Positions 53,776-61,411 of a stretch of DNA of 64,000 nt are shown here, in pieces. This DNA is from Candidatus Omnitrophota bacterium (GTDB lineage Bacteria > Omnitrophota > Gorgyraeia > Gygaellales > Profunditerraquicolaceae). The position numbers and the translations under genes were made by a program. The notes under the pieces are model-generated. The model was not told where the DNA came from, did no database searches, and saw nothing but the letters and a program-made list of their open reading frames with translations. The stretch lies in assembly GCA_030650425.1 (NCBI GenBank), contig JAUSED010000008.1:196554-260553 (forward strand). The letters are read 5' to 3'. Within the stretch, counting starts at the first letter, position 1; each line of letters starts with the position of its first letter.

Positions 53776-54468
53776 ATGAAAGAAAAAATATTGATCATAG
53801 AAGATGAAAAAGATATAGTCAAAATGCTGGATTATAACCTGAAGAAAGAAGGGTTTAGGACTCTGTCTGTCGATGATGGGGGAGATGCCTTGGATTTAGT
53901 AAACAGAGAGCGCCCTGAACTCATTATTTTGGATTTAATGCTGCCCGGAATGGATGGTTTAGAGGTTTGTAAGGCGCTCAAGAAAGAGGGTAAAACCGCC
54001 TCTATTCCGATTATTATGCTTACGGCCAAGAGCCAGGAAGCGGACAAGGTGGTCGGGCTTGAATTAGGGGCTGATGATTATGTGACTAAACCATTTAGCC
54101 CGCGGGAATTGATCGCTAGAATAAAAGCGGTGTTACGCCGCGTGCAAGAAAAAGATAAATTGCCCGAGGCGGCCAAAATCGGCGAACTAAGCATAGATTT
54201 TTCCAGGATTGCGGTAACGGTTAAAAATAAAGTAGTTGAGCTTACGGCAAAAGAGTTTGAGCTGCTAAAGGCGCTGATCAGGGCAAAGGGGAGGGTTCTC
54301 TCGAGGGATTATCTTCTTGATAACATCTGGGGCTTTGATCATGCTGAGGAAATCCAGACCCGTACCGTAGATGTGCACATCAGGACATTACGTAAAAAGT
54401 TAAAAAGTGAAGCAAGGCGTATCATTACCGTAAAGAATTATGGGTATAGATTAGACTATGAAGTTTAG
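53776..54468 (+). CDS. phoB: PhoB/PhoP-type OmpR-family response regulator
   Basis: LDLMLP, GADDYVTKPF, RTVDVHIR.LR; located next to the pst operon. Confidence 0.85.
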   Translation: MKEKILIIEDEKDIVKMLDYNLKKEGFRTLSVDDGGDALDLVNRERPELIILDLMLPGMDGLEVCKALKKEGKTASIPIIMLTAKSQEADKVVGLELGADDYVTKPFSPRELIARIKAVLRRVQEKDKLPEAAKIGELSIDFSRIAVTVKNKVVELTAKEFELLKALIRAKGRVLSRDYLLDNIWGFDHAEEIQTRTVDVHIRTLRKKLKSEARRIITVKNYGYRLDYEV

Positions 54469-55798
54469 GGGCTTTAAGCTAAAACTGATTTTTTCGTATG
54501 TTTTCCTTATTTTAGTATCCTTTGGATTTATTGCCTTCTTTCATTCTCTCATTCTGGGATTATTTTTTGCTTTAGGGGTTGCTTTTATTTTAGGTTCGCT
54601 GGTAGCTGCTCGGACGATCAAGCCTATTAACAGGATGATTCAGGTTTCGCGAAAATTCTCCGAAGGAGATTTTAGCCGCAGGATAATTCAGTCTTCTAAG
54701 GATGAAGTGGGAGAACTGGCTGTGGCCTTAAATGAGATGGCCCAGGATATAGAAAATAAGATCAGGAAAATTAAAGCGCAGAATCAGGAGCTCGCCGCGA
54801 TTTTCAACAGTATGATCGAAGGGGTTATGCTTATCGATAAGTCCGGACGCATCGTTTCTGTGAATCCAACGATTGAAAAAATATTCGGTTCTCCGAAAAG
54901 AGATCTAGAAGGTAAAATATTCTTAGAGACAATACGTAATAACGATATCGCGGAGGTTATCGATACGGTTTTAGCCAAAGGTAAACCCGTATCTACAGAG
55001 ATAACGCTTATTTATCCTCTGCGCAAGGTTTTTGAAGTTAACGCCACTCCTATATTTGAAAATGAAGTGATAAGCGGATGTTTAGTGGTGATCCACGATA
55101 TAACCGAAATTCGCAGGCTGGAAACTGTGCGCCGTGATTTTGTGGCTAATGTTTCTCATGAATTGAAGACTCCGCTTACTTCCATCAAAGGTTTTGTAGA
55201 GACGCTCCTTGAGGGGGCTTTGGATGATAAAAAAAATAACCGCGATTTCTTAAAAATTATTCAGGATCACGCTGAACGTCTGAATAGTTTAGTTAATGAT
55301 CTGCTTGCTTTATCGCAGCTTGAGTCAAAAGAGGCGCCGCTGGAGATAAAAGATGTTAATTTACAGCGTGAGGCCGAGGAAGTCATTTTAGGTTTTGATT
55401 CTCAGTTAAAAAAGAAAAACGTTGAAATAGAAAATACACTTGCACATGATATTTCGGTGAAAGCAGACAAAGAAAGGATAAAGCAGGTTTTTACCAATCT
55501 TATTGATAATGCCATAAAGTTTAACAAAAAAGACGGAAGAGTTAAGATTTATGCTGAAGAAATAAACGGAAAGCTTAAGATAAGCGTAGAAGATTTTGGC
55601 ATTGGTATTCCGGAAAAGGATATTCCGCGTATTTTTGAGCGGTTTTACCGGGTGGATAAGGCGCGCTCGCGCCAACTCGGAGGAACCGGTTTGGGGCTCT
55701 CCATTGTTAAACATATCATCGAGCTGCACGGCGGAAACGTCGGTGTGGAAAGTGCCGAAGGCCTTGGTTCAAAACTTTGGTTTTTACTTCCTAAATAA
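54458..55798 (+). CDS. phoR: PhoR-type sensor kinase (TM-HAMP-PAS-HisKA-HATPase)
   Basis: FVANVSHELKTPL, IFERFYRVDKARSR..GGTGLGL. Confidence 0.88.
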   Translation: MKFRGFKLKLIFSYVFLILVSFGFIAFFHSLILGLFFALGVAFILGSLVAARTIKPINRMIQVSRKFSEGDFSRRIIQSSKDEVGELAVALNEMAQDIENKIRKIKAQNQELAAIFNSMIEGVMLIDKSGRIVSVNPTIEKIFGSPKRDLEGKIFLETIRNNDIAEVIDTVLAKGKPVSTEITLIYPLRKVFEVNATPIFENEVISGCLVVIHDITEIRRLETVRRDFVANVSHELKTPLTSIKGFVETLLEGALDDKKNNRDFLKIIQDHAERLNSLVNDLLALSQLESKEAPLEIKDVNLQREAEEVILGFDSQLKKKNVEIENTLAHDISVKADKERIKQVFTNLIDNAIKFNKKDGRVKIYAEEINGKLKISVEDFGIGIPEKDIPRIFERFYRVDKARSRQLGGTGLGLSIVKHIIELHGGNVGVESAEGLGSKLWFLLPK

Positions 55799-55821
55799 CC
55801 CCTGAAGCCAGCTAAAATAAC

Positions 55822-55875
55822 TTTACCTGTATTTTACCTCTCCTTGAAGCAGATTTAATGCCTTCATTCTATAAT
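55822..55875 (+). promoter_or_regulatory. Pho-box-like direct repeats and -10 element
   Basis: TTTACC at 55822 and 55833 (11-nt period), followed by TATAAT near 55870. Confidence 0.55.
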
Positions 55876-55912
55876 TATTTTTAGAATGAGAAGAAAGGAG
55901 GTGAGGAGAAAA

Positions 55913-56566
55913 ATGAAAAAGATTTTTTTAGTAATCGGTTTAGCTGTATTTTTAACAGCGAGGGCCTATGCTTATGATAGCGGAGATTTTCAGGTTTGGA
56001 ACACCGACGTAGAAGAGCTTAAGGTTAATCATAAAACCAAGATCGCGTTAGAAGAAGAATTTCGCTGGGGCGACAACGCGAGTGAATTTTTCTACCAGCA
56101 TTACGATTTCGGATTATTCTATGATCTGAATAAGTACTTGAATATTGGAGGAGGGTATAGGCAGATATATGAATTAAAATCAGGAAATTTTAAACCCGAA
56201 GAAGCGCCTTATCTAACCGCGACCTTATTCGGCGATTGGAAAGGATTTAAGTTTGATGACCGCAGCCGGCTGGAATACAGGCATTTTAGCTATCAGGCTG
56301 ATGGCTGGAGATACCGTAACAAGTTTACGCTAAAATTCCCCTGGAAATTTACCAAGCTGGGGCTCCAGCCTTATCTGTCAGATGAAATGCTCATTGTTTT
56401 TGGAGTGATTAACCAGTTTAACGAAAACAGGTTCAGTTCCGGCCTTAGTGTTAATCTAACCAAGAATATTAAAGCAGAACTTTATTATATGTTGCGTACT
56501 GTTAAAGGTACGGATACCTGGATAGATGGTAATGTGCTTGGAGCAAAGTTAAAAGTAGCTTTTTAG
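55913..56566 (+). CDS. DUF2490-like outer-membrane beta-barrel
   Basis: Signal peptide; R.RLEYR, WRYRN, PYLSDE, NRF..G, C-terminal Phe. Confidence 0.8.
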   Translation: MKKIFLVIGLAVFLTARAYAYDSGDFQVWNTDVEELKVNHKTKIALEEEFRWGDNASEFFYQHYDFGLFYDLNKYLNIGGGYRQIYELKSGNFKPEEAPYLTATLFGDWKGFKFDDRSRLEYRHFSYQADGWRYRNKFTLKFPWKFTKLGLQPYLSDEMLIVFGVINQFNENRFSSGLSVNLTKNIKAELYYMLRTVKGTDTWIDGNVLGAKLKVAF

Positions 56567-56606
56567 ATTTTACTTAGATTTTACATTCATATAACACAGG
56601 TATAAT
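56563..56606 (+). promoter_or_regulatory. Pho box upstream of pstS
   Basis: TTAGATTTTAC x2 plus ATTCATATAAC (11-nt period), then TATAAT at 56601. Confidence 0.7.
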
Positions 56607-56640
56607 ATAGATTCGCTATATTATGAAAAAGGAGAGAGAT

Positions 56641-57495
56641 ATGTTAAAGAAAGGATTACTTGTTGCAATAACGCTTTTATGCGCAGCCACTGCCTTTGCC
56701 GCCAAGGATAAGGATTCAATACAAGTCAAAGGCTCGGATACGATGGTTAATCTTTCCCAATCTTGGGCTGAGAAGTATACGGAGGAAAATCCGGGCAATT
56801 TTGTGGCGGTTACCGGGGGTGGTTCAGGGACCGGAATTTCGGCTTTAATCAGTGGTACGTGCGATATAGCCAACGCTTCAAGGACGATTAAAGAAAAAGA
56901 GATTGCTTTGGCCAAACAAAGAGGTACAGATCCCTATGAGATAAAGGTTGGTTTAGACGGTCTGGCAGTGGTAGTGAATCCGCATAACCCGGTAAGTAAG
57001 CTTACTACGCAACAGCTGGCAGATATCTTTACCGGCAGGGTTACTAATTGGAAAGAATTAGGCGGAGAAGATAGAAAGATCGTCGTTCTTTCCCGCGAAG
57101 TTAATTCCGGTACCCATGTCTATTTCAAAGAGCATGTATTAAGAAAAAGCGATCCCAATGGAAAGGAAGAGTTTAGCTCAGGCGCTTTATTACTCTCATC
57201 TTCTCAGGCAATTGCCGATGAGGTAGCCGGAAATTCCGATGCCATTGGTTATTACGGGATGGGTTATACTTCAGCTAAGCAAAAATCCATTGCCGTGGCC
57301 AAGGATGAGAGATCCGAGTATGTGATACCGGCAATTGAAAATGTTCTCAACGGTAAATATCCTATCTCAAGGCCGTTATTCGTGTATACCAACGGATCGC
57401 CAACCGGTTCAGTCAAGAAGTTTGTTGATTTTATCCTATCCAAAGAAGGGCAGGATATTGTTACGGCAACTGATTTTGTGCCGGTCAAAAAATAA
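56641..57495 (+). CDS. pstS: Phosphate ABC transporter substrate-binding protein
   Basis: KGSDTM, GGGSGTG, NASR, RE.NSGT, YPISRPL; start at 56623 or 56641. Confidence 0.95.
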   Translation: MLKKGLLVAITLLCAATAFAAKDKDSIQVKGSDTMVNLSQSWAEKYTEENPGNFVAVTGGGSGTGISALISGTCDIANASRTIKEKEIALAKQRGTDPYEIKVGLDGLAVVVNPHNPVSKLTTQQLADIFTGRVTNWKELGGEDRKIVVLSREVNSGTHVYFKEHVLRKSDPNGKEEFSSGALLLSSSQAIADEVAGNSDAIGYYGMGYTSAKQKSIAVAKDERSEYVIPAIENVLNGKYPISRPLFVYTNGSPTGSVKKFVDFILSKEGQDIVTATDFVPVKK

Positions 57496-57499
57496 ACCA

Positions 57500-58363
57500 A
57501 TGCGTAAGTTTAAAGAATTTATCATTGAAAAACTGGTATTACTCTGCGGTTTTGCTTCCATAATTTTTGTCGGGTTAATTTTTCTCTTTCTACTTAGAGA
57601 AGGGCTCGCGCTATTTAAAACCGCGGGCCCTTTTAATTTTCTTTTTGGGAAAAACTGGTATCCGATCTCCGAACCCGCGCAACTAGGGATACTTCCTTTA
57701 ATCCTCGGTTCATTATTAGTCACCGTTGGGGCAGCAGTGATTTCTATTCCTATCGGCGTAGGATGCGCGATTTATATTGCCGAGATCGCGCCGATTAAAA
57801 TTAAAGAAATGCTTAAAGCGGGAATTGAGTTGTTGGCAGCAATCCCGAGCGTAGTTTTAGGTTTTATTGGAATGGTAACGCTGGTGCCTTTGGTAAAGAA
57901 TATCTTTCATTTACCTACGGGTTTAACCGCCTTATCCGGATCAATTATGCTGGCGTTTATGGCTATGCCGACAATAGTTTCTGTAGCGGAGGACGCGCTC
58001 TATTCCGTGCCGAAGAATTATAAAGAGGGCGCTTTTGCCCTAGGGGCGACCCATTGGCAGACAATCTGGCGGGTCGAGCTCCCGGCAGCCTCAAGCGGCA
58101 TATTGGCCGCGATTATGCTGGGGATCGGCAGGGTAATCGGCGAAACGATGGCAGTAATGATGATTACCGGGAATGCCGCGGTGATACCGCATAGTATTCT
58201 TGCTCCCGTGCGCACTTTAACTGCCACCATAGCGGCAGAAATGGGAGAAGCAGTGGTAGGGAGCGAGCATTACTTCGCGTTATTTGCGATAGGCATAGCT
58301 TTGTTTGTGATAAGTTTCGCGATAAACGTAACGGCTGACTTATTTTTACACAGGGACGAATAA
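57500..58363 (+). CDS. pstC: Phosphate ABC transporter permease
   Basis: ELLAAIPSVVLG, GRVIGETMAV; the real start is probably the ATG at 57500. Confidence 0.95.
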   Translation: MRKFKEFIIEKLVLLCGFASIIFVGLIFLFLLREGLALFKTAGPFNFLFGKNWYPISEPAQLGILPLILGSLLVTVGAAVISIPIGVGCAIYIAEIAPIKIKEMLKAGIELLAAIPSVVLGFIGMVTLVPLVKNIFHLPTGLTALSGSIMLAFMAMPTIVSVAEDALYSVPKNYKEGAFALGATHWQTIWRVELPAASSGILAAIMLGIGRVIGETMAVMMITGNAAVIPHSILAPVRTLTATIAAEMGEAVVGSEHYFALFAIGIALFVISFAINVTADLFLHRDE

Positions 58364-59211
58364 TGAAAAATCCACACAGGACGCAGCGAATCGCGTTTTT
58401 CTTTTTATTGCTGACTACTCTTCTAATAGTGATTCCGGTCGGGCTGATTGTCGTAATCATCATCCAAAAGGGCCTGCCCGCGATAAATTGGCAGTTTCTT
58501 TCAGCTATGCCGCGGCAGGGTATGCGCGCGGGAGGAATATTACCCGCGATTGTCGGGACGTTCTATCTGGTGTCCGGCGCGGTTACCTTTGCTTTACCAA
58601 TAGGATTACTTGCGGCGATATATCTAAGCGAGTATTCAAAAGGTAATAAACTTACCCGCCTGATTAAACTGGCGATTGTTAATTTGGCAGGTGTGCCTTC
58701 GGTAGTTTACGGGCTTTTTGGGTTGGCCCTTTTCGTGGTATTTTTTAAATTCGGGGCTTCCATTCTTTCAGGTTCGCTAACTTTGGGGATTATGATCCTG
58801 CCGATAATTATTACTACTTCGCGCGAAGCACTGGAAAGCGTGCCTCAGTCTTTTCGCGAGGTAAGTTTATCTTTGGGAGCGAGCAAATGGCAGACGATCA
58901 GGCATATCGTGCTGCCGAATGCTGTTCCGGGAATCTTAACCGGCACTATTCTTGGCCTGGGAAGGGCAGCCGGAGAAACAGCCCCGATTCTTTTTACGGT
59001 CGCGGCTTTTTATCTTCCGCGGCTTCCGCATTCTATTTTCGATCAGGTAATGGCCCTGCCGTATCATCTTTATATTATTTCAACTCAGGTGCCTAACGTT
59101 GATGAAAAAGTCAGGTATGGGACGGCATTTGTCTTGTTGGCGCTGGTTTTAATGATGAATTTGGTGGCGATCATTATCCGTTACAAATTCAGGAAGAATA
59201 AAAAATGGTGA
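58363..59211 (+). CDS. pstA: Phosphate ABC transporter permease
   Basis: LAGVPSVVYGLFG, RAAGETAPI. Confidence 0.95.
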   Translation: MKNPHRTQRIAFFFLLLTTLLIVIPVGLIVVIIIQKGLPAINWQFLSAMPRQGMRAGGILPAIVGTFYLVSGAVTFALPIGLLAAIYLSEYSKGNKLTRLIKLAIVNLAGVPSVVYGLFGLALFVVFFKFGASILSGSLTLGIMILPIIITTSREALESVPQSFREVSLSLGASKWQTIRHIVLPNAVPGILTGTILGLGRAAGETAPILFTVAAFYLPRLPHSIFDQVMALPYHLYIISTQVPNVDEKVRYGTAFVLLALVLMMNLVAIIIRYKFRKNKKW

Positions 59212-59951
59212 AATTTGAGATACACGATTTGAATATATGGTTTGGTTCTCTTCATGCTATAAAACAGGTGACTATGGAGATTCAATCTAACGAGATTCTG
59301 AGCATCATCGGCCCGTCTAATAGCGGGAAGACAACTTTTTTACGCACGCTCAACCGTTTGAATGAGCTCAATCCGCGTTATAAAATATCCGGAGCAGTGG
59401 AATTGGAAAGAGAAGATATTCGGAGGCTTAATATAGAACTTTTACGGCAGAAGGTAGGAATGGTATTCGCGCTCCCTTTGCCATTACCGCTTTCTATTTT
59501 TGATAATGTGGCCTATGGAATGAGAATGCATGGTGAAAAAAATAGGAAGATACTGGAAGAAAAAGTGCGAGAAACACTGGAAAAAGCTTATCTTTGGGAA
59601 GAGGTCAAGGATAGGTTGGCCGAATCAGCTTTTAAATTATCCGGAGGACAACAACAGCGTTTATGTATTGCCCGGGCCCTTGCCGTTCGTCCGGAAGTAA
59701 TTTTATTTGATGAACCCTGTTCAGGGCTTGATCCTATTTCCACGGCTAAGGTGGAAGACGCGCTGGTTAAGCTAAAGGAGAATTACACCATTGTTTTGGT
59801 AACGAATAACGTAAAGCAGGCTTCCCGGGTAGGCGATCGAACGGCTTTTTTCTTGAGCGGTGAACTCATTGAGATAGACAGGACGGATAAAATCTTTACC
59901 GCTCCGCGAGACACGCGCACAGATGGTTATATTAGAGGTAAATTCGGATAA
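59205..59951 (+). CDS. pstB: Phosphate ABC transporter ATPase, copy 1 (altered Walker A, Q-loop and H-loop; intact signature)
   Basis: [28 protein letters not shown]. Confidence 0.9.
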   Translation: MVKFEIHDLNIWFGSLHAIKQVTMEIQSNEILSIIGPSNSGKTTFLRTLNRLNELNPRYKISGAVELEREDIRRLNIELLRQKVGMVFALPLPLPLSIFDNVAYGMRMHGEKNRKILEEKVRETLEKAYLWEEVKDRLAESAFKLSGGQQQRLCIARALAVRPEVILFDEPCSGLDPISTAKVEDALVKLKENYTIVLVTNNVKQASRVGDRTAFFLSGELIEIDRTDKIFTAPRDTRTDGYIRGKFG

Positions 59952-60706
59952 TGGCAAAAATAATCACTAAAAATCTAAACCTTTGGTATTTTGGTTTTCA
60001 CGCCCTAAAGAAGATAAATTCATCTTTTGAAGCGAATAGGATTACCGCCATCATCGGGCCGTCGGGCTGCGGGAAATCAACCCTGCTTCGGGTTTTTAAC
60101 CGGATGAATGATTTAATTGAAGGGGTGCGCACGGAAGGAGAAGTGTTGGCTGATGGGGAGAATATTCTTGGCCAGAAGACGGATTTAGTTGCTTTGCGTA
60201 AGAAAATAGGGATGGTCTTTCAGCGGCCAAATCCATTCCCTTTATCTATTTATGAGAATATTGTTTTTGGGGAGAAGATACACGCTGATGGTATCACCAG
60301 AGATAAATTGGATGAAATCGTCAAGAGAAGCCTGGAGGATGTTCTTTTATGGGACGAATTAAAGGACAGGCTCAATCAGCCGGCTTTGAGGTTATCCTTG
60401 GAACAGAAACAGAGGCTCTGTATCGCCCGGCTTATCGCGGTTAAGCCGGATGTATTATTAATGGATGAGCCTTGTTCTACCTTGGATCCGCAGGGCACGC
60501 AAAGAGTGGAAGAATTAATGCGTGAATTGAAGAATAAATATACTATAATCATAGTTACGCATAATATGCAGCAGGCAGCCCGCGTTTCTGACGATACGGG
60601 TTTTATGCTTTTAGGCGAGCTGATAGAATTCGGAAAAACGCAGGAAATCTTTACTGCCCCTCGTGATAAACGTACGGAAGATTACATCACCGGAAGGTAT
60701 GGATAA
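59951..60706 (+). CDS. pstB: Phosphate ABC transporter ATPase, copy 2 (intact Walker motifs and H-loop; degenerate signature)
   Basis: [28 protein letters not shown]. Confidence 0.92.
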   Translation: MAKIITKNLNLWYFGFHALKKINSSFEANRITAIIGPSGCGKSTLLRVFNRMNDLIEGVRTEGEVLADGENILGQKTDLVALRKKIGMVFQRPNPFPLSIYENIVFGEKIHADGITRDKLDEIVKRSLEDVLLWDELKDRLNQPALRLSLEQKQRLCIARLIAVKPDVLLMDEPCSTLDPQGTQRVEELMRELKNKYTIIIVTHNMQQAARVSDDTGFMLLGELIEFGKTQEIFTAPRDKRTEDYITGRYG

Positions 60707-60717
60707 GGAGGTTTACA

Positions 60718-61386
60718 ATGGAAAGGCTGATTGATCAAGAGCTGGAAGAATTGAATAAAGATATTCTCAAGATGGGCGCTTTAGCCGAAGAGGCGATCTA
60801 TAAATCCATTGAAGCGCTGAAGAATCGGGAGAAGGATATAGCCAAAAGCGTCATTGATAATGATATGAATATCGATAAGTTGGAATTAGAGATCGATGAA
60901 AAGTGTATTGATTTGATCGCCCGTTATCAACCTGTGGCTGGCGACCTGCGTTTTATCACTACCGGTATGAAGATCAACGCGGAGTTGGAAAGAATAGCGG
61001 ATATCGCGGTAGATATAGCTCAACGGACGCTGGAGATAGCGGATAAGCCTCTTTTAAAACCATTAATTGACATACCTAAGCTGGCGGCGGTTGCGCAAAA
61101 TATGGTCAAGACTTCCATAGATGCATTTGTGAAAGGAGATATTGCTTTAGCTAAAAAAGTTATGTTATCCGATTCTGAAGCGGATCAACTGCGTAATACA
61201 ATACAAAGAGAGCTTATTGAGGATTACATGGTTAAAGATAGCGCTACTGCTCCAAGAGCGGTTCAGCTGCTATTGATCGCCCGGTTTCTGGAAAGGATCT
61301 GCGATCATACTACCAATATCGCGGAAGATGTGATTTATATGGTGCAGGCGGAAGTGGTAAGGCATCATCCTGAGAAATTAAAATAA
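60718..61386 (+). CDS. phoU: Phosphate signalling protein PhoU
   Basis: QPVAGDLR, LERIAD, LERICDH.TNIAE. Confidence 0.95.
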   Translation: MERLIDQELEELNKDILKMGALAEEAIYKSIEALKNREKDIAKSVIDNDMNIDKLELEIDEKCIDLIARYQPVAGDLRFITTGMKINAELERIADIAVDIAQRTLEIADKPLLKPLIDIPKLAAVAQNMVKTSIDAFVKGDIALAKKVMLSDSEADQLRNTIQRELIEDYMVKDSATAPRAVQLLLIARFLERICDHTTNIAEDVIYMVQAEVVRHHPEKLK

Positions 61387-61411
61387 ATCTTGCCTAAAAA
61401 GAGTGAGGAAA

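Noticed and set aside
56563-56584. TTAGATTT repeats as additional ECF promoter copies
   Set aside because: No CGTCTA at the required spacing; the 11-nt periodicity fits a Pho box better.
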